From positions 194,117,345-194,181,344 of the forward strand of contig NC_092374.1 of NCBI RefSeq assembly GCF_030028105.1: 64,000 bases of DNA, given 5' to 3'. Numbering within the stretch: position 1 is the stretch's first letter; every line of letters begins with the position of its first letter. The translations under genes and the position numbers were made by a program. The notes under the pieces are model-generated. The model saw nothing but the letters and a program-made list of their open reading frames with translations, was not told the origin of the DNA and ran no database searches. This DNA comes from Mobula birostris. Taxonomy: Eukaryota. Below, one piece after another: positions 1 to 12,229 of the stretch.

Positions 1-780
1 AAATAGTGGGATTAAGGTGGGGACTGGAGTAAAATACTGGGGATAAGTGGGGAATGGGGTAAAATAATGGGGTTGAAATAGGGACTGGGGTAAAATCGTG
101 GGGTTAAATAGGAATGGGGTAAACTAGTCAGTAGGGTTAAAATGGCAACGTTTAAAATGGAGACTGGAATAACATGGGGATGGGGTAAATATATCAGTGG
201 GGTTAAAATGAGGATGGAGTGGTTAAAATGGATACAGTCATTAGAGTGGGGATTGAGGTGTAAAATGAGAATACGAGTTCTATGGGATTTGGGTAAAATA
301 GGCAGAGATGTTAAAATGGTGACAGGAAGCAGGCTAAGTAGGGATTGAGGGGATTGAACAAGAATAGGGATAAATGGGAACTGAGGAGATTAAACAGATA
401 TGGGGCTAACTGGAGACTTGGGGTTAAATTGGAATGGTGCTAAATGGGGACTGAGGGGGTTAAACAGGAATGGGACTAAATGGAGACTGAAAGGTTAAAC
501 AGGAATTGGGCTAAATGGAGACTGGGGTTAAACAGAAATGGGGCTAAATGGGGACTGAGGATTAAACAAGATAGGCTTAAATGGGGACTGGGGATTAAAA
601 CAATGGGATAAAGTGGGGTCTGATGATTGAACAGGAATGGGGCTTAATGGGGATTGAAGATTAAACAGGATGGGGTTAATTGGGGACTAGGGATTAAAAC
701 AATGGGGTAAATGGGAATGAAGTTTAAAACAGGAATGGGGTAAATGGTGACTGGAATAAATGGGCAGTGGGGGTAAAACA
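1..780 (+). repeat. G-rich degenerate minisatellite (AAATGGGGACTGGGGTT / AAACAGGAATGGGG-type units) in an intron of the upstream paralog
   Basis: Many imperfect ~10-20 nt units with GGG/GGGG runs on the + strand; the same unit type recurs at 55347-55544. Confidence 0.85.
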
Positions 781-934
781 TCAAAGGATATAGTGTTGGT
801 TCCAGAAAATGGCACCAGGTTAGCAGATCATCATCAGTTATCTTAAATGATCGAGCAGGTGTCCTACTCTGAATCTGTCAGTAACATTTACTGATGCTTT
901 AGATGCCTCATTTGCTTCTTTCTCTAATTCACAG

Positions 935-972
935 CAAAACGTAGCCTCCAGCCTGAAGAAACCACAAACCAG
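935..972 (+). CDS. 38-nt cytoplasmic exon of the upstream NCR3-like paralog (xKRSLQPEETTNQ)
   Basis: Acceptor ttgcttctttctctaattcacag|, donor cag|gtaaga; open when entered in phase 1, exits in phase 0; lies upstream of the conserved terminal exon. Confidence 0.55.
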
Positions 973-1848
973 GTAAGAAAGCAAGCATTTGCTGAGGTCA
1001 GGGCAAGTGGGGAGATCCCGGAGAGATTTGAAAATGTAGCCGAGAAATGTTAAATTGAGCTGTGTTTGGCCCTTAGCTTCAGAAATCAAATGAAGTGGTG
1101 ATTGGGTTAAAATCCATCAGAACATTTTTCATTTCCTGTCCATGTGGCTGGATTATTTCCAATAAGTCCCTGAACTGGAGATGTGAGAGGGGAGATTGAG
1201 TAGATGAGGGGTGTATTCCCTTGAGTCCAGAATAACTAGACGTTCCAGACCATGAGTGTTCACACAACTGTGGGAACTAAAACTGCTCTCAACTGGGAGA
1301 GTGTACATCAGAGGCCACTTGACACAAGTGATTCAGAAACTGCTCACCTTATTGATAAGGACAATGATTTGTGCCTCCCAGCCCCCAGCATGTGCGGGCT
1401 GTGGTAGTAGGATAATCGGCCATTGTAAGTTATCCAATTGCGTAGATGAGTGGCTGAGTCTGGTGGGGGAGGAGCTGACAGGCATGTAAAGAGGGTAAAA
1501 TGTGTGAGAGTAGGATCAGATTGATCATTGGCACGGACACGATGGGCCACAAAACTTTTTCTCTGACCTCATGAGACAAGAGGGACTTTTTTCACTCAGT
1601 GAATTATTGGAACCTGGGGTTAGATTCCACCACAGTGAGCAGAAGGGAGCTGGAAGAGCATCTGAAGGTTGATGGGCTGAGAGTGGAGCAGTGGAAAAAG
1701 CTGGATTGCTTTAGTAAGAGCCAGTGCAGCCTAGATAGGCTGAATATCCTCCTCCTCTGGCTTGCCACTACAGAGGAGTTGTTTTTATCCTCCCAACGGT
1801 TGGGCCACACCACTTAACAGAATTAAATTGGCTCCTCTGTGTTTTCAG

Positions 1849-2180
1849 TAGGAAGATGGGTCCATGAACCAACAGGTCGTGAGGAAGATTGGGAGAGAAG
1901 CACGTCCTCAACTGTGCTGTCAGCAGCTGGGTGATGAATATGGCAAAGATTCCAGATCCTGTTCCTTTGATTGAACCTTGAACCCCTGATGGCGTCAGAT
2001 TGCTCACAACTGCTCCGTGTCTTCGAGGAAAGAAATCTGTCAATGGCCCGAGTTTGTATCTCTGTGCTTACTTCAGCTTCCACCTCGGTTACTCTCCCCG
2101 AATTAACAGAGCATCCGATTAAACCAAGCTGTCTTGTCAAGTGTGGGATTCCTGGCATAATAAACCTATAGGGGAATCAT
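1849..2180 (+). CDS. Terminal exon of the upstream paralog; tandem acceptor cag|tag|; phase-0 frame 1852-1974 EDGSMNQQVVRKIGREARPQLCCQQLGDEYGKDSRSCSFD*; AATAAA at 2159-2164
   Basis: Acceptor gctcctctgtgttttcagtag, the TGA position and the poly(A) signal are all shared with the copy at 55919-56250. Confidence 0.55.
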
Positions 2181-3129
2181 ACTCTCTATAGCCACCCCAG
2201 AGACACAGACTCCGGCGGAGGCTAAAATCCGGAGCAGCACACACACAATGCTGGAGGAAATCAGTGTGTCCAGAAATATCTGTGGAAGGAAATGGAGAGT
2301 CAAAGTCTCTGGTTGAGACCCTTCCTCTGCACTGGAAACCAGAGGGAAGATAGCCAAATGTATAAAGATGGAGCATGTGCTGGCAGGTGAGGGGTCTGAT
2401 CGGCAGATTGGGGGTCTAATGTGGAAGTAGGTTCATGGGTTTGGTGAGTCAGGCAGAAGACACTGACTACAAATAAGCATATTAATGATTTATTTACCAA
2501 CAGTAAAAGATTCAACCAAACATCTAAGTCCCCAAGTTATACAAACGACAAAACTAAATATTCAACAAACACAAACCTTGTGCACAGGGGCCTTTTAAGT
2601 CTGGAGCAAACTTTCCCAATGGTTCTTTAGCACAGGTTGCAACGTCAATGTGAAGAGTCCCTGGAGACAAAGGCAAAGCTATCAAGCCTCCCACGTGATC
2701 TATTCTTATACGGGTGACTGACACGGGACACCGGTGCCATGGAACACAAGACAACCAATGGGAAACAGCTGCTTCATACCTCAAACGGGCCATTCGATGA
2801 CCAGCACGATGGAAGCAGTTTTCGACCGACAGGTTAACTATTCCCCAAAAACGGGGAGTGGGGCAGAGAGTAGGAATGTTGTCAGAGTCTGAAAGATAGG
2901 AGGGATATAGTAACCACGTCCTCGCTCCCTTCTACCTTTCAGTTCTTGTGAATAGTCTTGACCAGAAACATTAATAGTCGATTCTCTCCATCTGGATCCT
3001 AGAACCTGTGGTCCTCTATGACTCGTTGAATCTAAACCACCGTGTTGTGCTAATCGGATGAGTACCTGCAGTGTTTTGTATAATAAAGCCACTTTTCTAT
3101 TTCCTTCTCTGCCTGTCTGGCCGACCCAG

Positions 3130-4080
3130 GTTCCAAGATGTTACTGTTGAGACAAGGCAACATTTTGTGAGCAGCGAACAAAACTAACTTCCACCAACTC
3201 CATCAGAATCCTACCACTATACATATCCACCACCTTCAATGAGATCCCAGCACTGAACATATCCGCCATCTCAACGGGACCCTACCTCTTAACAGATCAG
3301 CCATCTTCAGAATCCTATCACTGAACATATCTTTACAGGAATCACTCCATCTGCAATTCCCTTGTTCATTCACCCCTCACCACTAATCTCCTTCCCGGCA
3401 CTTATCCTTGTTAGCACCTAAAGTGCTACACCTGCCTATTCACCTCTTCCTTCATCTCCCCACACTATTTTTCCAAGTGAGGAAGGCTTCACCTGCAAAT
3501 CTGTTGGGTTTGTCTATTGTGTCCACTTCTGCTGTGGCCTTCTCTACAATAGTGAGACCCATCATAAACTGGGGGAGGAGATGCCACTTCTTTGAGCACC
3601 TTCACTCCATCCACCAAAAGCGGAACTTCCCGGTGCCCAAATATTTTAATTCCACACCCAGTCCTGTTCCTACATGTTGGTCCATGGTCTCTTGTGCCTA
3701 GATGACGCCACCCTCTGGGTGGAGTGGAAAAACCTTATATTCTGTTTGGGTACCCTCCATGCCAAATGGCATGAGTACCTATTTCTCCCCCTTCTTCCCT
3801 TTCTCCTATGGTCCACTCTCCTCTCATTATCAGATTCCTTCTCCTCCAGCCCTTTATCTGTCCAGCTCACCTCCCTTCACCTATCACCTTCGAGCTAGCT
3901 TCCTTCCCTTACCCCCACCTTTTTATTCCGGTGTCTTCCCCCTTCTATCCCGATCCTGAAGAAGGGGTTCAGCCCGAAACGTCAACAGTTTACTAATTTC
4001 CATAGATACTGCCTCACTTGCTGAGTTCCTGTAGCTTTTTGTGTGCTTTGCTTTGGATTTCCATCATCTGCAGATTTTTG
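3130..4080 (+). mobile_element. Degenerate Penelope-like element 3' part, with a 36-nt tandem amplification at ~3190-3330
   Basis: Decayed version of the RT-tail/GIY-YIG sequence seen in the 45130-46290 copy; ends in the ctgaagaagggg..cccgaaacgtc motif. Confidence 0.75.
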
Positions 4081-4329
4081 CTTGTAAACAAAACTAATCT
4101 ATTAAGTATACATTTTTGGACAACAATCACTGAAATCGGCAGCCTGTAAATTCCTTTAGAGAGCTATGTGTTTGAATAAGAATCAGGTTTATTATCACTG
4201 GAATGTGTCATGAAATTTGATATCTTAACAGTAGTAGTTCAATGTAATACATGAAAATATAAGTAAATAAATTACTGTAGCCTAAACAAAATGCTGTTCT
4301 TGGACTACAGTTTAGCATTCAACACCATA

Positions 4330-4950
4330 ATTTCTCCAGGCTCGACAAGGAACTCCGAGACCTCAGACTTCATGCTTCCTTGTGTAGCTGGATCCCTCAC
4401 CTCTGCCCTTTTGACCCTCAAAACAGGTGCCATTCACACCAGTGTACTAAGCCACCTCCTTATTCTCTGAATGCTCATGACTGTGTCACTACCCACAGCT
4501 CCAACCTGCCAATTAAGTTTGCAGATGATACTATATTAATTGGCCTTATTTCACATAATAACTAAGCAATCTACAGACAAGAAGTCATCGCGCTGACACA
4601 GTGATGTAAAGAAAACAACCTCTCTCTCAATGTCGCAAAACAAAGGAGCTGGTTGTGGACTACAGGAGGAATGGAGACAGGCTAAGCCCTATTGACATCA
4701 ATGGATCTGGGGTTGAGAGGGTGAACAGCTTTAAATTCCTCGGCATAAACATCACCAAGGATCTCACATGGTCTGTACATACTGGCTATGTGTTGAAAAA
4801 GGCACAACAGCGCCTCTTTCACCTCAAATGGTTGAAGAAGTTTGGATGGGCTTCCAAATCCTAAGAACTTTCTACAGGGGCACAAATGAGTGCATCCTGA
4901 CTGGCTGCATCACTGCCTGGTATGGGAACTGTACGTCCCTTAATCACAGA
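4330..4950 (+). mobile_element. Rex1/Babar-type LINE RT fragment, interrupted by the Gypsy element and resuming at 25999-26190
   Basis: Translates to YSLNAHDC..IKFADDT and FKFLGINITKDLTW..KKAQQRLFHLK; the sequence continues across the insertion (taatcacag..actctgcagagagtgg). Confidence 0.8.
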
Positions 4951-5687
4951 TGTTACCTATCCACAGTATCGATTCCTGTGAGTGTCTCGTGATTCCCATG
5001 AGTATCGATTCCCATGAGTCTGTCGTGATTCTCATGGGCATCCCATGACTTTGTTACCTGTGAGCGTCACATGATGGCATATCCCAATGGTCTAAAAAGG
5101 GGGACCGCTGATTGTTGGGAGTCGCAGTCGGTGGTTACGAAATCGTAGAAGGAGAGAGAGAGTGAAGATTGCAGGCAACGAACAAACCCAAAAGATTGGG
5201 GTTAATCAGCGGCATTCGGTGCATTTCGAGTGTGACTGACACTGAGTATAATCCATATATGGCACGGCCTTTTGTTAACCCTTACATGGTTTGGGTGTTG
5301 TCTGGTGACCACTTTGGCGAAAGGTCAGTTATTTTGAGAAAACTTACTCTTCGTAGACTGTACTTCTCGGCTGGGATCGGTTTCAACGTTTTCTTTGTTT
5401 CTACAAGAATCAACTCATCGCTGCTTCTTGAAGTCTCTCCTCTCACTTATTTCATGAATCGCTTGGACCCTTAGACTACCACTTTAAGACTGTGCTTGAG
5501 TAAGATCTGTTAAGAATTGTCTCTAAGTTTGACTGTTTGATACCTATAGACTCATAACACTGTTAACTTCCGTTTAAGTGAGTTGTTTGTTTACTTTTCT
5601 ATGTCTTTGAGCAGAGGTTAATAAATTTCGTTGTTTATCTCTAAAAACCCGACTTAATTTCATATCTATTGCTGCTGGTACATAACA
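4951..5687 (+). repeat. 5' LTR of the Gmr1-like element
   Basis: Starts tgttac, ends taaca; aligns with 23327-23863 plus 25871-25998 at roughly 83-85% by eye. Confidence 0.9.
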
Positions 5688-5694
5688 TAAAAAT

Positions 5695-5710
5695 TGGGTC
5701 TCGTCCAGAT
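5695..5710 (+). promoter_or_regulatory. Degenerate tRNA-Pro primer binding site
   Basis: tgggtctcgtccagat just after the LTR, versus TGGGGGCTCGTCCGGGAT, the complement of the tRNA-Pro 3' end. Confidence 0.7.
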
Positions 5711-5825
5711 GTGAACAAATTTAGAGCTTATTTAGTTTAATTATTGATTTGTTTGGGGAAAGGGAAATACCCAATTCCTTTTCTTTGATTGGTTTGTGTG
5801 TGGCGATCAGCAGCAATGGATGTTA

Positions 5826-6900
5826 GAATCATAGAACACTAAAGCACAGACAACAGGCCATTCAGCCCTTCTAGTCTGTGCCAAACTTTATTCCGCTCGT
5901 CCCATTGACCCGCACCCAGTCCATAACCCTCCATACCTCTGTCATCCATGTATCTATCCAATTTGTTCTTAAAATTAAGAGTGATCCCGCATTTACCACG
6001 TCAGATGGCAGCTCGCTCAAAACTCCCACCACACTCTAATCCCACGTGCTAATCCACGTCCTGACGAAGGGTTCCGGCCTGAAACGTCGACTGATCTTTT
6101 CCACAGATGCTGCCCGACCTGCTGAGTTCCTCCAGCGTGTTGCGAGTGTTTCCTTGACCCCAGCATCTGCAGATTATTTTGTATTCACGCTCTGCGCTCA
6201 TCTGCATTACCGACAATACTCCTTGCATTGAAATAGATGCACCTGAGAACATTTCTATCTCGTACAAACTGTTGATTTCTGTCTATACTTGCAGTTCTCG
6301 CGTGACGTTTATCCTCCTCCACCTCACTATGTGCTCTAACACTTTGGTACCCCTCCCCCTGCACATCTAGTTTAAACCCCCTGGAGCGGCACTAGCAAAC
6401 TTTCCCGCAAGGGTGTTAGTCCCCCTCCAGTTCAGAACAGGTCCCACCTTCCCGGGAACAAGGCCCAATTGTCGAGAAACATGAAGCCCTCCCTCCTGCA
6501 CCAACTCCTTAGTCACATATTTAGCTGAATTATCTTCCTGTTTCTAGACTCCCTCGCACGTGGCACGGGTAGCAATCCTGAGATTGCAACCCTGGAAGTT
6601 CTGTCCTTCAACTTTTCACCTAACTCCCTAAACTCTCTTTGTAGGACCTACTCCTTTCTATCCACGTCATAGGTCCCTACATGGACCACGACATCTGGAT
6701 GCTCACCCCCGCCCCCCCCCCCCCCCTTGAGAATACTGAGAACTCGATCCGAGATATCGCGGACCCTGGCATCAGGGAGGCAGCAGACCATCCGGGATTC
6801 TCGATCTCTTCCACAGAACCTCTTATCTGTCCCCCTAACTATCGAATCCCCTATCACTACTGCTCTCCTCTTTTCCTCACTTCCCTTCTGAGTTGAGGGT
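5826..6900. mobile_element. CR1 LINE fragments (3' tail on +, ORF1 esterase-like part on -) and a Penelope-type end, nested in gag
   Basis: tagaatcatagaacac..cagccc tail; minus ORF RRAVVIGDSIVRG..VCCLPDARVRD..VVVHVGTYD. Confidence 0.75.
6058..6093 (+). ncRNA. Minimal hammerhead ribozyme motif (Penelope type)
   Basis: gtc-CTGACGA-agggttccggcct-GAAA-cgtc-gac: core intact, short stem I. Confidence 0.55.
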
Positions 6901-9482
6901 CCAGTCATGGTGCCAGACACGCGACCACTGCAACTTGTCTCTGGTAGGTTGTCCACAAGGAAATTTGCAAATGCTGGAATTTCAAGCAACACACACAAAA
7001 AATGTTGGTGAACGCAGCAGGCCAGGCAGCACCTATAGGAAGAGGCACAGTCGACTTCTCGGCCCAAAGCGTCGACTGTGCCTCTTCTAATAGATGCTGC
7101 CTGGCCTGCTGTGTTCTCCAGCATTTTTCATGTGTGTTGCCTTCCTAATTTGTCACCCACTATTCTGTCGCCTGCTCCGTTTATCTGCTCGCTTTTTAAA
7201 CTCTCCCGCTGTTCTCACAGGCCAACATTCACGCGCTTGCGCTGTCGTTCCCCGTTCAAACTGCCCAAAAAAAAGTGTTTGGGACTTTCTGGAATCACCA
7301 ACCCCTGCGGCATTAGAGAAAGTGAAAAAGGGTGAGGTGCTGGAGATTGCTAAAGAACTGAAGCTTACAGGGATAACGACGGCTACGGCAAAGCCAGTGG
7401 TTCAGAGGAAAATAGCTGAGCAGTATATAACCACGAAAGTGTTTGATGAAGAGGTGTTAAGAGAAGTTTCCTGTAAGTAAACTTGAGATGCAGCCACAAC
7501 TGGGAAAAATGAAGTTCGAGGTATTTAAAGTAGAGGTGGTGGAAAGGGAAAGAGATATAGAGAGAGAAGCTGCAGAAAAACAAAGGCAATTTGAGCTAGC
7601 GATAGAGAAGTTAAGGCTCGAGAAGCAAGCTGGTTCGAGGAAAACGGTTGTACCGTTTGTTGCCAGTCAGTAAGTTAAATTGGTTCCTCTAGTTAATGAG
7701 GCAGAAGTTGATAAATACTTCCAGCATTTTGAAAAAGTTGCTTGGAGTTCACAGTGGCCGAAAGATGTAATTAAAGGTAAAGCACAACAGGTTTATACAG
7801 CCTTAATCGGTGAGCAGGCAGCTGATTATGATACTGTGAAGCAGGTTATACTTAAAGCTTATGAATTGCTTCCGGAAGCTTATAGACAAAGATTTAGGGG
7901 TCTGAAGACATCTGTGAACCAGACTTATGTGTAATTTGCTTATGACAATTCTGTGTGTTTTGTGCGCTGGTGCATCTCTAAAAATGTGAATGGAGGTTAT
8001 GACAACTTGAAAGAGTTGGTTTTAATTCAGAAATTTAAAAGGTGCGTCCCTAATGACATAAAGGCATATTTGAATGAGAAGAACTCTGCCAAGTTGCAAG
8101 AGTCTGCTAAATTGGTAGATGAGTTTGCTTTAACCCACAAGGGTAAGTTTACTCCGAGTAAAACTTTTCAAAAGAGCAGCATGGATAGTCAGGGTAAATC
8201 AGAAGCTAGTGATAAAGGTAAGGATGAAGGGAAGCAAGTGAAGAAAAAACATTTTGTCCTATTTGTCACTATTGTAGGAAATCTGCTCATGTTATGGCTA
8301 ACTGCTTCTGTCTGAAGAAGAAGCAAAAGGAAGCAGTTCCCGATGCCTGTGTGCAACCCTTTGAAACACCCATAAACCCGCAGGGTTCGGGACATTCATA
8401 GGAGGCTCTGTCAAGGTCTGACCGAGTTCGGAAGGGATTTGATCATTTTATGTCAGAGGGATTTGTTTCAGTGAAAGAAGGGTCCTCCCAAGTACCGGTA
8501 AAAATTCTTTGGGATACTGGGGCTTCTCAGTCACTTATGTTAGATAGTGTTTTGTGATGAGACTGCCACTGGTGAGGTAAATCTTATACGAGGTATTGGG
8601 GACCACCTGCACTTCTGCACAAAGAGACAGGGTTAGTTTCAGGCCCTGTTAAAATAGGACTACGTACCAGTTTACCGGTGGATGGTGTTTATTTATTGTT
8701 AGGGAATAACATAGCAAGGGGAAAAGTTGTTCCTGCAGTGCTGCTGACAACTAAACCAATCAGTGATGATCCAAAGATGGATTCTAGCATGTACCCCTCC
8801 TGTGCAGTAACCCGAGCTATGGACAAAAAGTCCGCCAAGGCAGATAGTTCTGTGCAGCTTGTGTCTGCTGCACATGACAGTTCAAATTGGGATTCAGATT
8901 TTGATGATTTGTCAGTAACTTTTATACCTTCATTGTTTGATCAAGATCCTTGTAGTAAGTCTGATCATAAAGACTTGTCTCTGTCTAGGAAGGAGATTAT
9001 AGCGGAGCAGAAACCCTGAGATTGCCACCTTAAGAGGAAAAGCTGTCCCAGATAATGAGATTGAGAAGGCGCCACTAGGGTCGTATTTCAAGGGTAGGAT
9101 GTAAATGAGGAAGTGGAGACCACCTGAGATTCCTGCAAGTGAGAATTGGGCAGTTCTTCACCAGGTAGTAGATTAGATTAGATTATGAGAACACTCAATC
9201 CTCTTTTATTGCCGTTTAGAAATGCATACATGCATTAAGAAATGATACAATGTTTCTCCGGCATGATATCACAGAAAACAAGACAGACCAAAGACTAACA
9301 CTGACAGAACCACATAATCATACCATATAGTTACAGCAGTGCAAAGCAATACCATAACTTGATGAAGAACAGTCCAGAAGCACAGTAAAAAAATAGTCTC
9401 AAAGTCCCTCAGTCGATCGACTCCCGAGTCCCAGATAGCAGCGGCAAAAGGGAGAAACTCCCTGCCATAAACCTCCAGGCAC

Positions 9483-10937
9483 CACACATCAAAGTTGCTG
9501 GTGAACGCAGCAGACCAGGCAGCATCTGTAGGAAGAGGTGCAATCGACGTTTCAGGCCGAGACCCTTCATCAGGACTAACTGAAGGAAGAGTGAGTAAGG
9601 GATTTGAAAGTTGGAGGGGGAGGGGGAGATCCAAAATGATAGGAGAAGACAGGAGGGGGAGGGATGGAGCCAAGAGCTGGACAGGTGATTGGCAAAAGGG
9701 ATATGAGAGGATCATGGGACAGGAGGTCCGGGAAGAAAGACAAGGCGGGGGGACCCAGAGGATGGGCAAGAGGTATATTCAGAGGTACAGAGGGAGAAAA
9801 AGGAGAGTGAGAGAAAGAATGTGTGTATAAAAATAAGTAACAGATGGGGTACGAGGTGGAGGTGGGGCCTAGCGGAAGTTAGAGAAGTCGATGTTCATGC
9901 CATCAGGTTGGAGGCTACCCAGACGGAATATAAGGTGTTGTTCCTCCAACCTGAGTGTGGCTTCATCTTTACAGTAGAGGAGGCTGTGGATAGACATGTC
10001 AGAATGAGAATGGGATGTGGAATTAAAATGTGTGGCCACTGGGAGATCCTGCTTTCTCTGGCGGACAGAGCGTAGATGTTCAGCAAAGCGGTCTCCCAGT
10101 CTGCGTCGGGTCTCGCCAATATATAAAAGGCCACATCGGGAGCACCGGACGCACAGGTGAAGTGTTGCCTCACCTGGAAGGACTGTTTGGGGCCCTGAAT
10201 GGTGGTTAGGGAGGAAGTGTAAGGGCATGTGTAGCACTTGTTCCGCTTACACGGATAAGTGCCAGGAGGGAGATCAGTGGGGAGGGATGTGGGGGACGAA
10301 TGGACAAGGGAGTTGTGTAGGGAGCGATCCCTGTGGAATGCAGGGGGGGGGGGAGGGAAAGATGTGCTTAGTGGTGGGATCCCGTTGGAGGTGGCGGAAG
10401 TTACGGAGAATAATATGTTGGACCCGGAGGCTAGTGGGATGGTAGGTGAGGACTAGGGGAAGCCTATTCCTAGTGGGGTGGCGGGAGGATGGAGTGAGAG
10501 CAGATGTACGTGAAATGGGGGAGATGCGTTTAAGAGCAGAGTTGATAGTGGAGGAAGGGAAGCCCCTTTCTTTAAAAAATGAAGACATCTCCCTTGTCCT
10601 AGAATGAAAAGCCTCATCCTGAGAGCAGATGCAGCGGAGACGGAGGAATTGCGAGAAGGGGATGGCGTTTTCGCAAGAGACAGGGTGAGAAGAGGAATAG
10701 TCCAGATAGCTGTGAGAGTCAGTAGGCTTATAGTAGACATCAGTGGATAAGCTGTCTCCAGAGACAGAGACAGAAAGATCTAGAAAGGGGAGGGAGGTGT
10801 CGGAAATGGACCAGGTAAACTTGAGGGCAGGGTGAAAGTTGGAGGCAAAGTTAATAAAGTCAACTAGTTCTGCGTGCCTGCAGGAAGCAGTGCCAATGCA
10901 GTCATCGATGTAGCAAAGGAAAAGTGGGGGACAGATA
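9483..10937 (-). mobile_element. 5'-truncated Penelope-like element (RT C-terminus plus GIY-YIG endonuclease)
   Basis: YIDDCIG..FLDL..YYKPTDSHSYL and [34 protein letters not shown]; flanked by ccaggcac / ccagacac; sits inside another unclassified insertion (~9171-11326). Confidence 0.9.
9541..9582 (-). ncRNA. Minimal hammerhead ribozyme motif
   Basis: Reverse complement cagttagtc-CTGATGA-agggtctcggcct-GAAA-cgtc-gattg. Confidence 0.6.
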
Positions 10938-11339
10938 CCAGACACAGTCAACTTGCCAATACCTTGGAAGCAGCCGACCACAGCTGACCCTGAGTCCATC
11001 CGTCCGAAAACTCCGAGCTTCCGAGCAGCCTCTCTGATACAGCCTCCCGAGCGCCATCCTCTGCCGAGCGCCTTAGACCTCTCCCCGGCCGCTGAAACAC
11101 GCAAAGCCGAGGATTTCGAGGCCTTCAGCTCCAGAGATTCCGGTACCACACAGTAGCAGTGGTAGCAAAGCAGACATTTCAGAAGTTTTCCAGATGTTCC
11201 GCTGTGCACTCACGTCTGTCTCCATCAAATCAGGATTGTGCACGGTCCCCTACTTGCCATTAACAGATATTCATCAGCGGAGAGGCTGCGCGCGCTGCCG
11301 TCGCGCCATCTTCTCCAGATAGCGGATTTCCTGAAGTCT

Positions 11340-12229
11340 AGAAGGAATGAGATTTTAACTTTGGCTCATAGTATGCCCTTGGGTGGCTATCTTGGTGTGA
11401 ATAAAACTGTGAACAATGTTTTCAAACACTTTTTCTGGCCTAGGTTGAGGAAAGATGTGGCGAAATTTTGTTGAGCTTGTCACACTTGTCAGGTTGGGGG
11501 TAAACCTAATCAAGTCACCCTAGTGGTCCCATTGCAACCTATCCCTGCATTTGGTGAACCGTTTTCTAAAGTTATTGTGGATTGTGTTGGCCGATTGCCA
11601 AAAACTAAAGCTGGCCATCAATATTTACTGACCATCATGTGTACAGCATCTAGGTTTCCAGAAGCAGTACCTCCCAGGAATATAAAAGCTAAAACTGTGT
11701 CGAAGGCTCTCATAAAGTTTTTATTACTTTATTTGGGTTGCCTAAAGAAATCCAGTCTGATCAGGGAAGTAATTTTATGTCTGCATTATTTCAGCAGGTA
11801 GTTTATAAACAGGGAGCCAAACAGATTGCGTCGTCTGCGTACCATCCAGAATCACAAGGGGACTTAGAAAGGTTCCATTCTACCATCAAAGCCATGATTA
11901 GGACATTTTGTGTTGAAAAAAAGAAGGATTGGGATGAGGGAGTTCATTTGCTTTTGGTTGCAGTAAGGGAGTCAGTGCACGAGTCCCTAGGCTTTAGTCC
12001 CATTGAACTTGTGTTTGAGCACAGAGTCCGAGGACCTTTGGCATCATTAAAAGAGCAGTGGGTTAACAAAGAACTACATACTAATTTGCTGTATTATGTC
12101 TTAATGTTTGCAGCTTAGTACGGGAAAATTTAAAATCTGCTCAGGAAAGAATAAAAACTTGGTATGACAAAAAAAGCTAGAATGATGTCATTCAAGCCGG
12201 GAGATAAGGTTTTGGTTCTTTTCCCTGTG
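11340..12229 (+). pseudogene. Integrase of the Gmr1-like element (zinc-binding and core regions); C-terminal part resumes at 20428-20570
   Basis: ILTLAHSMPLGGYLG..FFWPRLRKDV; FSKVIVDCVGRLP..YLLTIMCTASRFPEAVP; IQSDQGSNF; HPESQGDLERFH; KVNNVDYVVKTPDR..HVNMIKPY. Confidence 0.9.

Larger units (their letters stand above)
1510..4330 (+). repeat. Segmental duplicate of 55545-58600 (offset ~54 kb)
   Basis: Colinear matches, e.g. ctctgacctc..gagacaa (1561/55591), the terminal exon, and shared Penelope-like remnants; roughly 80-85% identity by eye. Confidence 0.9.
5816..8540 (+). pseudogene. gag (SCAN-like region, CCHC knuckle) and protease of the Gmr1-like element; ATG at 5816, interrupted by insertions at ~5826-7280
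   Basis: MDV..DFLESPTPAALEKVKK; YELLPEAYRQRFRGLK; CHYCRKSAHVMANC at ~8264-8305; ILWDTGASQSL at ~8500. Multiple stops and frameshifts. Confidence 0.85.

Noticed and set aside
1-780. Possible interstitial telomeric repeat
   Set aside because: No TTAGGG arrays; the units are longer and heterogeneous.
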